A stretch of DNA of 64,000 bases from Protoeuglena noctilucae (GCA_958009085.1 OY253670.1:1612001-1676000); one strand, 5' to 3'. Positions 24,128-36,209 are shown, counted from the stretch's first letter. Numbers and translations are program-made. The notes: generated by a model from the letters alone, not told the origin.

Positions 24128-25399
24128 CTCAGCGTGACGTGGAGGGCGTGGTCGGGGAAGAAGGCGTAGACGCCCGGAAGCGCCTGCTCCACGCATCGAC
24201 GGAACCGTGAGATGCCACGCGCCAGCCAGTGGTCGTCGGGGAGACCCGTCGCGCGGGGGGAGGGGCCGCTGCCGAGCATCGTCCCCACGCGGGGGGGCAT
24301 CGCGTGGCTGCCACGGGGGCGCAGCATGTGGGCCAGGGTGACCCCGAACGCGGGGCTGCGGTAGTGGCTCTCGCGGTTCCCATCCCCCGACACGCGCACC
24401 TGCGGGGGAGGCGAGAGAGAAAGGGTCTACTGGGGAGGTGGCGAGAAAGGTGAGGGAGAGACTGTGACCGGTAACAACAAGGACATAGCTGAGTGGACCC
24501 CTGACTGGCAACGCGTGGTGTGCTTACATGCTTCATCGGCACCGCGTCTGCCATGCACTGCCACTCCCTGCCACTCACTGCCACTCACTCCCTGCCACTC
24601 ACCCAGTAGTCCTCGCTCTCTGCCTCCCCCAGCACCGCGTCCACCCGCCGCGTCGACTCCGGGTCTGGGCCCTCAAAGACCGCGAACCCGCCCCTCAGGA
24701 GCAGCAGCGTCTCGGAGAGGGTCGCCTCGAGGGAGCGTTGCTCGTGGATCACCAGGGAACAGTGGCTGCGGGCAAGGCTAACCATCAGGCCTCGCCACAT
24801 TGGCACCAACAGGTCACTACCCATGACGGCACACCCTTCGACCCCCGCAACAGTCCAGACATCCACATCACTTCCCAACGCACCTGACGAGGTACCCCCT
24901 CCCCCCCGCCTCCCCCACCATGGCCGCCGTCGCCTGCTCGCACACGCGGCACAGCGCGGCGTACTGCACGGGGGTGAGGCGGGCGCCGTCCCTGACCACG
25001 CCCAGCGTGACCTTGGGCCAGAGGGACCCGGGGTTCTCCTTGCTGCGTTGCATAAACAGGGAAGTCAAGGTGCTTGCTCTGGGGTCCCTCGGGGCGCACA
25101 ACAGCACCCAGGGACAGGCCATCACGCTCAGCGCTCAGCTGCGCTTGCTCACCAGACGCTGCGAAAGGTCTGCTCGATGTCCCTCTTGAGCTTTAATACG
25201 ACCGACGGAAAGCCCCTGTGGACAGCCGCGGGCGAAGTGCGTCCCTGTCGCCCTTGTGCGGCAAGGCCTGGCCCTTGCAGGGATCGGGACGCCACGTCGA
25301 GCCACAGACGGCGCACAGGACAACTCACGAGAATGCCAGGGTCAGGACGCCATTCCACGCGACGAAGAAGCTGCGAGGCGCCAGGTAGAAGGAAGGCAT
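24115..25399 (-). CDS. Hypothetical protein, possibly 2H-phosphoesterase-like fold (true start may be further upstream)
   Basis: Splices cleanly to MPSFYLAPRSFFVAWNGVLTLAFSGFPSVVLKLKRDIEQTFRSVCKENPGSLWPKVTLG...FFPDHALHVTLRALQ*. The fold call rests only on the KVTL and HVTL motifs. Confidence 0.65.
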
Positions 25400-26002
25400 C
25401 GCCTCGACGAGGGCCGCCAGGGACGACCCCTCCCCGCTGGGCCCAGCGGGCGGTCCCGCTGGCTCGCTGTTGAAGCTGATAACGTTTGCGGACGGTCCCG
25501 CCGGGGCCTCGTCGTTTACACTGACGACATTCTCTGCAAGGATCGCGAGGAGGACGGTGAAATGGAAGTCTGGGTCTCAGGCATGCAACGAAGCAACCCT
25601 CGGGAGCATCCGCGCACCATGTGCGTGAGACTTTTTCCGCGCCGATGGGCCCGGGGATAGATGATGCTTTTTGCCAACTGACGGCGACGGCGCAGCGGCC
25701 CCAAGGGCGGCGCGCGCCACAAATCGGCCGCCAACGCCCCGTGGCCTCTTGCGCTTGCCCCCCATGGCGAACCCGGGCCCGTGTGGCCGGGCCGCGCTGT
25801 GCCCGTGCCGATCTCCCGCCCCGGAGACCCTCCCGCGCTTTCCGATCCCTCGCAGACCGCGAAACAGCGCTCTCTGGCTGACGTCAGGCCGCGGCACTTT
25901 CGCGAACCCCGGGGGAGGGGGTCATCCGCGGAGCCGGGGCGCGGTGCGGGTCAGTTTCGAAGCATCGTGCGCGTACCCGCGGCGTCCCACTGCATCGCGA
26001 CC

Positions 26003-28795
26003 ATGGCGGACAAGCCGGAGGTCGAGACCTTCGCCTGTGAGGCCGCAGCCAGTTCTGGAAGGGGGCCGGGGGAGCGCGCCGGGCCTCCGGGCCGGGCCCC
26101 GATGGCGTTCCCGCGCTGACGAATCTCGTTTTCGGCGCACCCGCAGTCCAGGCGGAGATCAACCAGCTGCTCTCGCTCATCATCAACACCTTCTACTCGA
26201 ACAAGGAGGTGGGCTGCCAAATTTGGAGCAGCGCTCGGCCGGCCCTCCCGATTGCTCCCCCCGCTGCCGATAGCGAAGACGCGCCTCGGGGCACCGCGCG
26301 GGGCGCTGTCGTGGCCCCGGGAGGCCGGCCCGGCCCTTGGCGGGAGCCCGGTGTGCTGAGCCGTGTCCGCGATCGCCGGGCCCCTCTCGGGCCCCCGCAC
26401 GCGGCCGAGCGCGTTGTTTGGATGTTGACGCATCTGCTCGCCGCGCCTCGTGGGCTCCCGGATCCGCTCGCGACGCGCCCAGGCTCCAGACGCCTCCCGG
26501 CCCCGCGTCCGCAGATCTTCCTCCGTGAGCTCATCTCCAACGCCTCCGATGCGCTCGACAAGATCCGCTTCCAGTCCCTCACGGACAAGTCGGTCCTGGA
26601 CAGCGAGCCGGAGCTCTTCATTCACATCATTCCCGACAAAACGAACAACACCCTGACCATCCAGGACTCGGGTGAGCGCCGCGATGGGCCGGAGGACGCG
26701 TCGGAGTCGCTTTTCGGGCGGGGAGGCGCACGCGCGCCCCGCCGGCCCTCGCGCGCGGTGCACGGGCGGTCGACTTCTAGAAGCCCAAGTTGGGGCGCCC
26801 CGGGCGCGCGCGCGCGATTCCCTGCCCGCGCAGCAGGGGTCCGCGTGCGCCTCACGGTCCGCGGGAGACGCGGGGATCGCCTCCTGCCTCGCGCGCGATC
26901 GCCCGGCCCCTCACCGGTGCCGCCCGCCGCGCTCGCAGGTGTGGGGATGACCAAGGCGGACCTGGTGAACAACCTGGGCACCATCGCCCGCTCGGGCACC
27001 AAGGCCTTCATGGAGGCGCTCTCTGCCGGCGCGGACGTGTCCCTGATCGGCCAGTTCGGCGTGGGCTTCTACTCGGCCTACCTGGTGGCCGACCGCGTCA
27101 CGGGTGAGGCAGGCGCAGGCGCAGCTGCATGCTGATGAGACGAAGTGCGTTGCGATGCTGTGCGACGCTGGCAGCGCGGCTGTGTGATGGGCCACCGCAG
27201 TCGCAGTGCTGCAGTACCTCGCTTGCTCTCCTGACCTGAGCCATGACCCCTGACCCGCCTGCCCCCCTTTCCCCCTCAGTGACGTCCAAGCACAACGACG
27301 ACGAGGTGTACGTGTGGGAGTCCCAGGCGGGCGGCTCCTTCACGGTCCGCCGCGCCAGCGAGGAGGAGGCGCAGGGCCTGGGCCGCGGCACGCGCATCTC
27401 CCTGGCGATGAAGGAGGACCAGATGGAGTACCTGGAGGNNNNNNNNNNNNNNNNNNNNNNNNNNNNNNNNNNNNNNNNNNNNNNNNNNNNNNNNNNNNNN
27501 NNNNNNNNNNNNNNNNNNNNNNNNNNNNNNNNNNNNNNNNNNNNNNNNNNNNNNNNNNNNNNNNNNNNNNNNNNNNNNNNNNNNNNNNNNNNNNNNNNNN
27601 NNNNNNNNNNNNNNNNNNNNNNNNNNNNNNNNNNNNNNCGGGGGAAGCTCGCGGACCTGATGCGCTACCACTCGTCCAAGTCGGGGGAGGAGATGACCAG
27701 CCTGAAGGACTACGTCACGCGCATGAATGAGGTGCAGACGGCCATCTACTTCATCACGGGGGAGGTGACAGTGCCCGGCTGTCGATGCGTGCGCGCCTGC
27801 CCCCCTCGCTCGCTTGCCCCCCACCCAAGCCACTCACCCAGTCCCCCCCCCCTTCCCTCTCTCAGTCCAAGAAGGCGGTGGAGAACTCTCCCTTCGTGGA
27901 GAAGCTGCGCAAGAAGGGCATGGAGGTGCTGTACATGGTGGACCCCATCGACGAGTACGCCGTGCAGCAGCTGAAGGAGTACGACGGCCACAAGCTGGTG
28001 TCGGTGACCAAGGAGGGCCTGACGCTGGACGAGACGGAGGAGGAGAAGAAGGCCAAGGAGGAGCTCAAGGCGCAGTTCGAGCCCCTGTGCCGCACCATGA
28101 AGGACATCCTCGGGGACGCGGTCGAGAAGGTGACTGGCGCATGTGCACGCATGGGTGCATGGGGTGTGAGATGTGTGTGAATGCATGTGCCGCACCATGA
28201 AGGACATCCTGGGGGACGCGGTCGAGAAGGCGAGTGACTGGGTGTGGGGGTTGGCATGTGTAGCATCCCACCCAGGGTGCTGTCCTATGACTGCCAGGGG
28301 TGTCACAGCTGCATACAATTACTGCCACTGCCACTGACAAACCATCTCTCCTCTCCTGCTCCCCAGGTGGTGGTGTCGGACCGGCTGGTGGACAGCCCTT
28401 GCGTGCTGGTGACGGGCGAGTACGGCTGGAGCGCCAACATGGAGCGCATCATGAAGGCCCAGGCGCTGCGGGACTCCTCCATGTCCATGTACATGGCCAG
28501 CAAGAAGACGCTCGAGATCAACCCGATGAACCCCGTGATGGGCGAGATCCGCAAGCGCGCCGAGGCCGACAAGAGCGACAAGACGGTCAAGGACCTGGTG
28601 CACCTGCTGTACGAGACGGCGCTGCTCACGTCCGGGTTCAGCCTCGACGAGCCGGCCACCTTTGCCAACCGCATCCACCGCATGATCAAGCTGGGGCTGT
28701 CGATTGATGAGGACGAGGTGGCGGGGGATGACGCCGACATGCCGGCGCTCGAGGAGGGGGCGGGGGAGGGGTCCCGCATGGAGGAGGTGGACTGA
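26003..28795 (+). CDS. HSP90: Cytosolic heat shock protein 90, middle part lost in an assembly gap
   Basis: [67 protein letters not shown]-terminal MEEVD. Confidence 0.98.
27439..27638. other. Assembly gap (200 N)
   Basis: Run of N. Confidence 1.
28086..28230 (+). repeat. Splice-junction echo in HSP90: 45-nt exon end copied into the intron, period 100
   Basis: 28086-28130 vs 28186-28230, one mismatch. Confidence 0.95.
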
Positions 28796-29108
28796 GAGAG
28801 AGACTGTCAGGATGGGGTGTCGATGCTCTTGCCTTGCCTAGGGCTTGGGCGGGGTTTGGGGGGCGAAGCGCGGGGTGCATTGGCCCGGGGCGCGCCCTCA
28901 TCTCTCGCCCGAGTGTGCCTGTCGCGTAGATAGCGGTGCAGCCAGCGCGGCGGGATGTCCGTTCCATTCAAGGGCAGACAGGACAGGCGATGCACAGCAG
29001 CTAGTCGAGAGAAGTGACACTCTATCATCTACCAGTCGTACAAAGCAAAGAGGGGAACAAGAGGGGGAAGTGATAGTAGACATCCTAACTCTATGCGGCA
29101 CCCCCTTT

Positions 29109-32100
29109 TCACCGCCCCTGCTGCGCCTGCACGGCCCTCCGCAGCGACCCACGCACCGCCTCCCCCGTCCCCGCTGCAGCCCCGGGCGGCATGCACGCCA
29201 CCCCCCATGCACCCATGCCCCCGCCACCCCCCGTCTCCTCCGGCCACTCCCCGTGCCGCCTCGCGTCCAGAAAGTCTTCCGCCCCCCTCATCCCCGCCGC
29301 ATGCATCGCCCCCGCTGCCAATGCGTCCCTGGACACCGGCCCCTCCGCCCTGGCATCCACCTCCAGCCCCACCCCCAGCCCCAGCCGCGCATCCCCCGCA
29401 CTCGCGTCCCCCTCCTCCCCCTCCCCCGCCAGCAGCCCCGCCCCCTCCCACGCCCCGTCCCACGCCCCATCCGCCCCCAGGGCGTACCTCCCCGCATCCC
29501 TCGCCACCCCCGCCACCTCCCTCTCCAGCAGCGCACGCAGCGCCGCCCTGCGACCCTCCTCGTGTTGCGCCTCCATCGCCGCCTCCACCTCCTCCTCCAG
29601 CACCCGCAGAGACACCGCCAATGTGCTGCCACTGCCATTACCACTGCCACTACCAGTACCACTGCCATTGGTACCCCCACTGTTACCCCCACCCCCGCCC
29701 TCCCCCTCCCCACCCCCGCCGCTCTCTTCCAACGACCGCCTGGGCCGCTTGGCCCCCCTCTCTGCGCTGAGGCACTCCCCCCCTGCCTCGTTCAGTCCGA
29801 TGCCCCCCATCCGCCCCGCCAGCTCCTCGGGGGCACTGGTGGCCGCTCCCTCGGGCACCGTGGCGAGGCCCAGGGAACGGGAGGGGCGCCTGGGGGGGTG
29901 GGAGAGGTGGGTGAATGGTGAGGTGACATGGCTGGCATGAGATTGGCAGAGGTGAGCGCACGCACTCAGCATCCCCCGCATGTCACACACTCACCTCTGC
30001 ATGTCCTCGAAGTACTCGTGGCACTCCGCCTCCTCCGCCGAGCACCGCCTAGACGGATCGAATGCCAGCAGACGCGCCAGCAAATCCACCGCCTGCTCCC
30101 CCGCGAACCCGAACCGGGAGAAGAGCTTGGGCGCGCGTCCCCTCAGGTTGCGCAGGTACGAGCGCCACTGGGGGTCCGAGACGGCCTCGATGCACGCCCA
30201 GGGGGGGGTGCCGATCACGTCGAATAGGGCCTGGGGGTTGAGGGGAGAGGGGAGTGGGGGGTGTTTGCAATGAGGGGGTGCCGATGACGTCGAAGAGGGC
30301 CTGGGGGGAGAGATGAGGCAATGGGGATGAGGGATGAGGGGGTGACGAGGACAAGGGTCGGCGCGCGCCTACCCCAATGCAACTCCCCGCTTCTTCTCCC
30401 TCACCCACAGCTCCCCTACTTGCCCGCTCTCCTCTCCACTCCCCTTTTCCCCACCCCCCCTCCCCCTCACCTGCAGTTCCCTCCTGGTCGTCTCGCTCCC
30501 CACCCCCCCCTCGTACGCATCTCCCTCGGTGGGTGTCTTGGGCATGCCCATCATGCCGTACAGGGCGAAGAGAGGGGGGACGTGCAGGCGGGGGACGGGG
30601 CGGGCGCCCGGCTGGGGGATGCGCTGCGGGGGTGATGGGTGGGGGGAGTGAATGTGAGTGGGAGTGACAGAAAGAGAGAGTGTGTGTGATAGAGTGAGAG
30701 AGTGGGAGAGTGAGTGAGACAGATTGTGCAATCATAATGACCTAACAAGTGAGTGTGACAGCCATTCATATGCATCACTCCTATCCCACGCCACCCCCTC
30801 GCCTGCAGCAGTTCCGCGAAGATGCACCCCAGCGACCACATGTCCACGGCACTCGAGTACCCACCCCTCGACATGACCACCTCAGGGGCACGGTAGCAGG
30901 GGGTGGCCACGACTCTCGTCAAAGGGGACTGGGGGGGGCAGGCGTGGGTGCAGGAGGCGTGCGTGTGCGTGGGGGCGTCGTCAGTGTCGGTGTCCATAGA
31001 CGGGCAGGGGTCCTGAGATGAGAGGAGAGGAGGGGGGATGCAGTTGGATGGGGTGGCGATGTGGAGAGGGGCAGCGGATGGACAGGCTCACACACTCTCT
31101 GCTGCTCCCCACGCACCCGCACCTTACCTCCCCAGCAACCCACCCTCTCCCCCTCACCTCCTGCACCCTCACCCCGTGCACCCTACCCTCTCCCCCACCC
31201 CCTCTCCCCCTCACCTCCCGCACCAGTATCACCGGCGCCGCCTCCGCCCCCGCCGGCGGCTTCTCCCCGTACCCCCTCGGCCTGGCGTGCCTGGCAGACC
31301 CCAGGTCGCAGAGCTTCACCACCAGGCGACCCCCCGCGGACCGCGTCAGGAGGCAGTTGGCGGACTTGATGTCCCGGTGCCAGATGTCGTTGCGGTGGAG
31401 GTACGCTGGGGGAGGAGTGGGGTGGGGGGGTGCTTGTCAGTAGTGACGAGTGAAGACTGCAAGTCATCATGCAATCCGTGACTACTTCGCAACGGCCTGC
31501 AGCAGCTGTGGCATGTGACAGTGCACGTACTCACCGATGGCCTGCAGCAGCTGCCACATGAGGTCCCGCACCTCCCCCGCGGACAGCTGCCCTTGCAGAG
31601 AGAAGAGGTCGCCCCCCTCCATGTACTCGGTCGCCAAGTACAGGTCCAGCGAGTCCGCCACCAAGCGACCCCCCACCGCGTGACACGCCCCCGTGGATGC
31701 GGGGCGCAGGAAGGCGTCGCGCAGTCGCACCACCCCCGGATGCGCCACGCGTGCCAGCAGCCGCACCTCCAGTATCACCCGCCTGGCGGTGTCCGTGGTG
31801 GCCAAGGCGTTGCCGATGCGCTTCAAAGCCACGCGGGTGCACGTTCGGGCGTCCTCCGCCAAACACACCTGCGAGGGGATGCGCTAGATATATCAGGTGA
31901 TGACCACTCGTGTCCCTGTCTGCTGTCGCCCCTGCGCCTGGGTGAGCCCTGCCCTTGCCTGGCTGAAGGACCCCGCTCCCAGCTTGGACAGAAGGCGGTA
32001 GTGGGGAGGGAGGGACCATTGCTGGCCCTCCACAAACCACACGCCCTTCTCATAGCGACTCTCCACCTGCGCACGGTGAGGAGGAGAGTGGATGCGCGCT

Positions 32101-32271
32101 GAGGGGCAGGGCAGACTGCGCCGGGGGTACGGGGCGCAGCACGGTGCGAGAGGCGCGACGGGGGGCGTGTGGGCTGGCGCGCAGTCTGAGTTCGGGCGAA
32201 ATCTGAGCAAGCGGCGCATGGCGGACGCGCAGGCGCGTGGGACGCACCACCGAGGCGCTCTTTGGTGGCAT
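29109..32271 (-). CDS. CMGC/MAPK-like Ser/Thr kinase with atypical activation loop (start uncertain)
   Basis: [69 protein letters not shown]. Confidence 0.88.
30204..30307 (-). repeat. Splice-junction echo in the kinase gene: acceptor plus ALFDVIGTP duplicated, period 70
   Basis: 30204-30237 vs 30274-30307, two mismatches, both synonymous. Confidence 0.93.
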
Positions 32272-32843
32272 CGCGGCACCGGGCCCTCGGCGCGCCTGCG
32301 CAGCCTCCCCCGCTTCGGGTGAACCTTTCCCTAACCAATGCAAGCCACGACCTTGCAAGAGTGCCAGCGCAGGCCGCGCTATTCCGGGAGCAGGACCGCA
32401 ACAAACACGCGGGGATGGTTAGCCCCGGGGACGGCCGCTGAGGAGCGGGAAACGCCTGGCGGGCGGCGTGCAGACAGAGTGAAGCTGAAAGAAGCCGTGC
32501 AGCACGGCCATAAAGGGAAAGATGCGGAAATGGCGCAGAAAGCCCAGACTCCAGACCCAGCGCGTGAGGTTTGGCTGCCAATCGTATGGCGGGTCAATGA
32601 CGTCGGCCTTGCAAACAGGATGGAAGGATTCCGACCTTTGACGGGCCCGGCTAGCGAGTTTCTGACGGGGTTTTGACCGACGCAGCGACCAACAGGGAGC
32701 CAATGTGTCGATCGCATATAAGTTTGTTCAGTGGGACATCGGGGGAGTGGACGTTGGAGGAATCACCTTCGTAGAACCGCATCCGAGGAGGGGCCCAGCC
32801 TAGCCCGTAGCAAATAGCTAGGCCCGTAGTCACTAGCCCAGAC

Positions 32844-35800
32844 ATGGCGGTGCGACTCAGGCTGGGCGCTATCGCCCTGATCCTGATCGCGGGCATTGCC
32901 AGGTGTGTGCCGAAGTCGGATGCGCTTGCCTGCCACGTCGTGTCCCGTGGGTCTCGTTGCAGGGAAAGGAGCGTCGTGAGTTGTGCCTGTCCGACACGAC
33001 TGCCTGCTGCGCTGGCGCGACCTCCCTCGCGCGAGGGACGGCAGGCGGGGCTGGCCGGCGGTTTGACTTGGGTCGTGAAATCCCTGCGCTTTCGCCGCTT
33101 GTGTGGGGAAAGGTCCGCTTGTGTCGTTCACGGAGATGCCGATCTTGCGATTTCTCGCCATCGCCACCGGCAATCGCCTTTCAGATGCCCGCGAGGCCTC
33201 CTCGCCATGCCCTGCGCTGTTGCGCCCCGTGAACCGCCGGCCGCGGCTTACCTGGACCCCTGCGCTGCTTCCGGGACTCACATAACCGCTCGCTTTGTGC
33301 TGCCGGCGAGTCACCTGCCCTCCCGGCCTCGCCCCGCAGCGTGCGCGCCGCCAGCATCCTCACCATCCCCGTCAAGCTCTCCACGGGCCAGGACGTGTCT
33401 CTGCAAGTGGAGGACGGCGACACCATCGACGCGGCCGTGGACCGCTTCGTGGCGCAGTACCCCTCCGCTGCGGACTTCCATGGGTCGCTGGTCGACGCCG
33501 TCCGCAACGAGGCGAGGAGAAGGATGAGAGGGCTCGTGATGTGTGCTGCTACCTTTGCCCCTTCGCAGTCACCCTGCATCTTTCTTTGCAGCTGTGCGTC
33601 CCACTCAGTCATCGCATGCCACTCCCCCACCTCTCCCCAGGCGGTGGCAGCGCGTCTGATCCCCGAGCTCTCCGTCCCCGTGGCCCGCGAGCCCGACCAG
33701 CCCGCGCTGCTCGTGGTCGACGTCTTCCGCGGCGACGACCCCCTGGCCGTGGCGAGGGAGGCGGCGGCCAAGGCGGGGCTGGTGGGGGACGACGTGGAGG
33801 CGGCCGTGGGGGTCGTGGCGCGGTTCGCCCAGCAGGCGCGGGTGCTGCCGCTCGTGTCGCTGCCCGTGGAGCTGCCCGACGGGTCCCAGGCGCCGCTGGA
33901 GCTCTTCAAGGGCGACGACGTGCCGCGCGTGGTGGCGGGGTTCCTGGAGGCGCGGGGGCTGGGGGGGGAGTACGCGCGGAACCTCGAGGACCACGTCGGC
34001 GAGTAAACATGGGGATGGGTGGAGAGATGGGATGCTAACATGTCTGCAGTGACACACTTGATGCAATTGTTCTGTGACGATGCCGCGTGTCTCCTCCCCC
34101 GCAGTGCGTGAGGCGCAGAAGCTCCGGCTGATGCCCCTCATCTCCGTGGAGACGCAGATGGTGGTGCCGGGGCAGCAGGTGGCCGAGACGGTCATGGGTG
34201 AGGCAGGGGGGGGGTTAGTGTGCACACGTGACCGCCACGGTCAAAACGCCAGGCACTGTGGCATTGGTGGCATGCGTCACCCTCTCATCTCTGCAGTGGA
34301 AATGCATGTAAGAGAGAGTACTCACAGTCACCTGCACCCCCTCTCTCCCCCCCCTTGCAGTGGAGGTGTACGAGGGCGAGAGCATCGACGAGGTGGTGGC
34401 CGTGTACGCCCGCGCCTACGACCTCCCCGAGGAGAGCCAGGCGCGGCTGGCGGCCGTCATCCACGACCGCGCCCGCTCAAGGCGCCTGGTGCCCGCGGCC
34501 ACGGTGCCGACGCAGATCGTGGACGCCGAGGGGCAGGCGCGGGTGCTGGACCTGCCCATCTTCGTGGGGGACACGGAGCAGGAGGCCGTGGACAGATTCC
34601 TGGCATCCCTCGGCATCGACAAGGCCACCATGACGCAGGAACAGGCGAGGGGGGGGTGGCTGTGGGAGAGTGTGCGTGTGCATGGCCACCGTGACGCAGG
34701 AGCAGGTGAGGGAGCTGGGAGTGGGCATCATCACTGAGAGTGCCATGCACCCAGTGCCCCTCCGTCGCCCGCCACCCAGTCCCGCAACTGGGTGCCGTGT
34801 TGACCTTCCCCTCCCTCATCTCTCCCCCGCAGCTGGGTGCCATCTTGACTCAGGTCAAGTCCACGGCCGTGGAGGCGCGGCTGCGGCCGGCCCTGGTGCT
34901 GCAGTACGACACGCCCCAGGTGAGCATAGCATGGCATGGCGTGGCATGGCATGGGATGAGATGGCATGTGCTGCAGTACGACACGCTAGAGAGTGTCATG
35001 CGTATTTAACGGCAGCTGATCGGCAGCCACTGGCATCCCTGCATTACAGCCCCCTCTCCCTTCTCTCCCCCAGGGTGCCAAGGAGCTGGACGTGTGGTAT
35101 GGCGACAGCGTGGAGGCCCAGGTCGGGTCCTTCGCGGACGCGCACGGGTACGCGGCGGAGGAGAGGAACAAGATGATCGCGGAGGTGAGGGGGGTGACAC
35201 TTTCATTGCTATCTCTTCCATCCCATACACCACTCCGCTCTCCCCTTTTATAGGACAACACCACTCCCCTATCCCTCACCTCTCCCCCCATCCACCCTAC
35301 ACCTCCCTCTCCCCTTCTATAGTACTACACCACTCCCATCCCTCACCTCTCTCCCCCCATCACCCCCCCTCAGGTCCACGACCTCCTCCGCCTCCGCGGC
35401 CTGGAGCCCCTGCTGGTCGAGAACATTACCCTCCCCGATGGACGCGTGGTGCCCTTCCGGCTATTCCAGGGGCAGGACGTCGAGGCAGCTGTGGCCTCCT
35501 TCCTAGACAGAGAGGGGTTCCCCGAGCACCGCGCCAACCTGCTGCAGCACGTGCAGGAGGTGGGGGTGCAGGGGCGGGTGCTGCCGGAGCTGTCCCTGGC
35601 CGCGCGGGTGAAGGGGAAGCCCGCCGAGCTGCACATGTTCCGGAGGGACGAGCCGGACGAGGTTGTCAGGGTGTTCGCACAGGTGAGGGGGGGGGAGGGG
35701 GTGGGTGGCAACTGTGTGTGACTGAGCCACACTGCATATCATCATGAGCCAAAGGCTGGTGTGTTCGCCCGCCCCTGCCGCCACGCATCGCTCACCCCCC

Positions 35801-36209
35801 ACTCTTTCGCAGGAGAACGCGTTGTCCCCCGAGGAGGCCTCCGATCTCCTCCGCGCCCTGGTCTCGGCTGCCATGGAGAGGCGCCTGCTCCCCGTGGCAC
35901 GCGTGCCCATCGAGGGGACGACGCTGGAGGCGAGGCGGGGGGTTACATGTCACCACGCATGCTGTGTGGAATGATGACACGCATATACAGACACTCGCGT
36001 GCGACGCACACCCATTGTGTGCAGCAACGCACCCCTGCTGCCCCGCATCACCCCCTTTGCCCCACTCCCCCCACCCCCAGTTCCTTCTCTTCGATGGCGA
36101 CAATGTCTTTGACAAGGCCGAGGAGTTCCTCCACGCCCACGACCTGGCAGACACCGTGGACCTGCGCTCTTTGGTGCGCATGGTGCAGCTGTCGCACGTG
36201 GGGGCGTGA
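32844..36209 (+). CDS. Secreted-type protein built of about 9 copies of a ~60-70 aa repeat
   Basis: Signal-like MAVRLRLGAIALILIAGIA; repeat core (L/V).(V/L)..G(D/E)....V..F.....L in successive exons. Confidence 0.75.

Noticed and set aside
25893..26784. Heat-shock-element-like TTCnnGAA at ~25899, ~26053 and ~26776 near HSP90
   Set aside because: Only two-unit or imperfect matches; plausible but not supportable from sequence alone.
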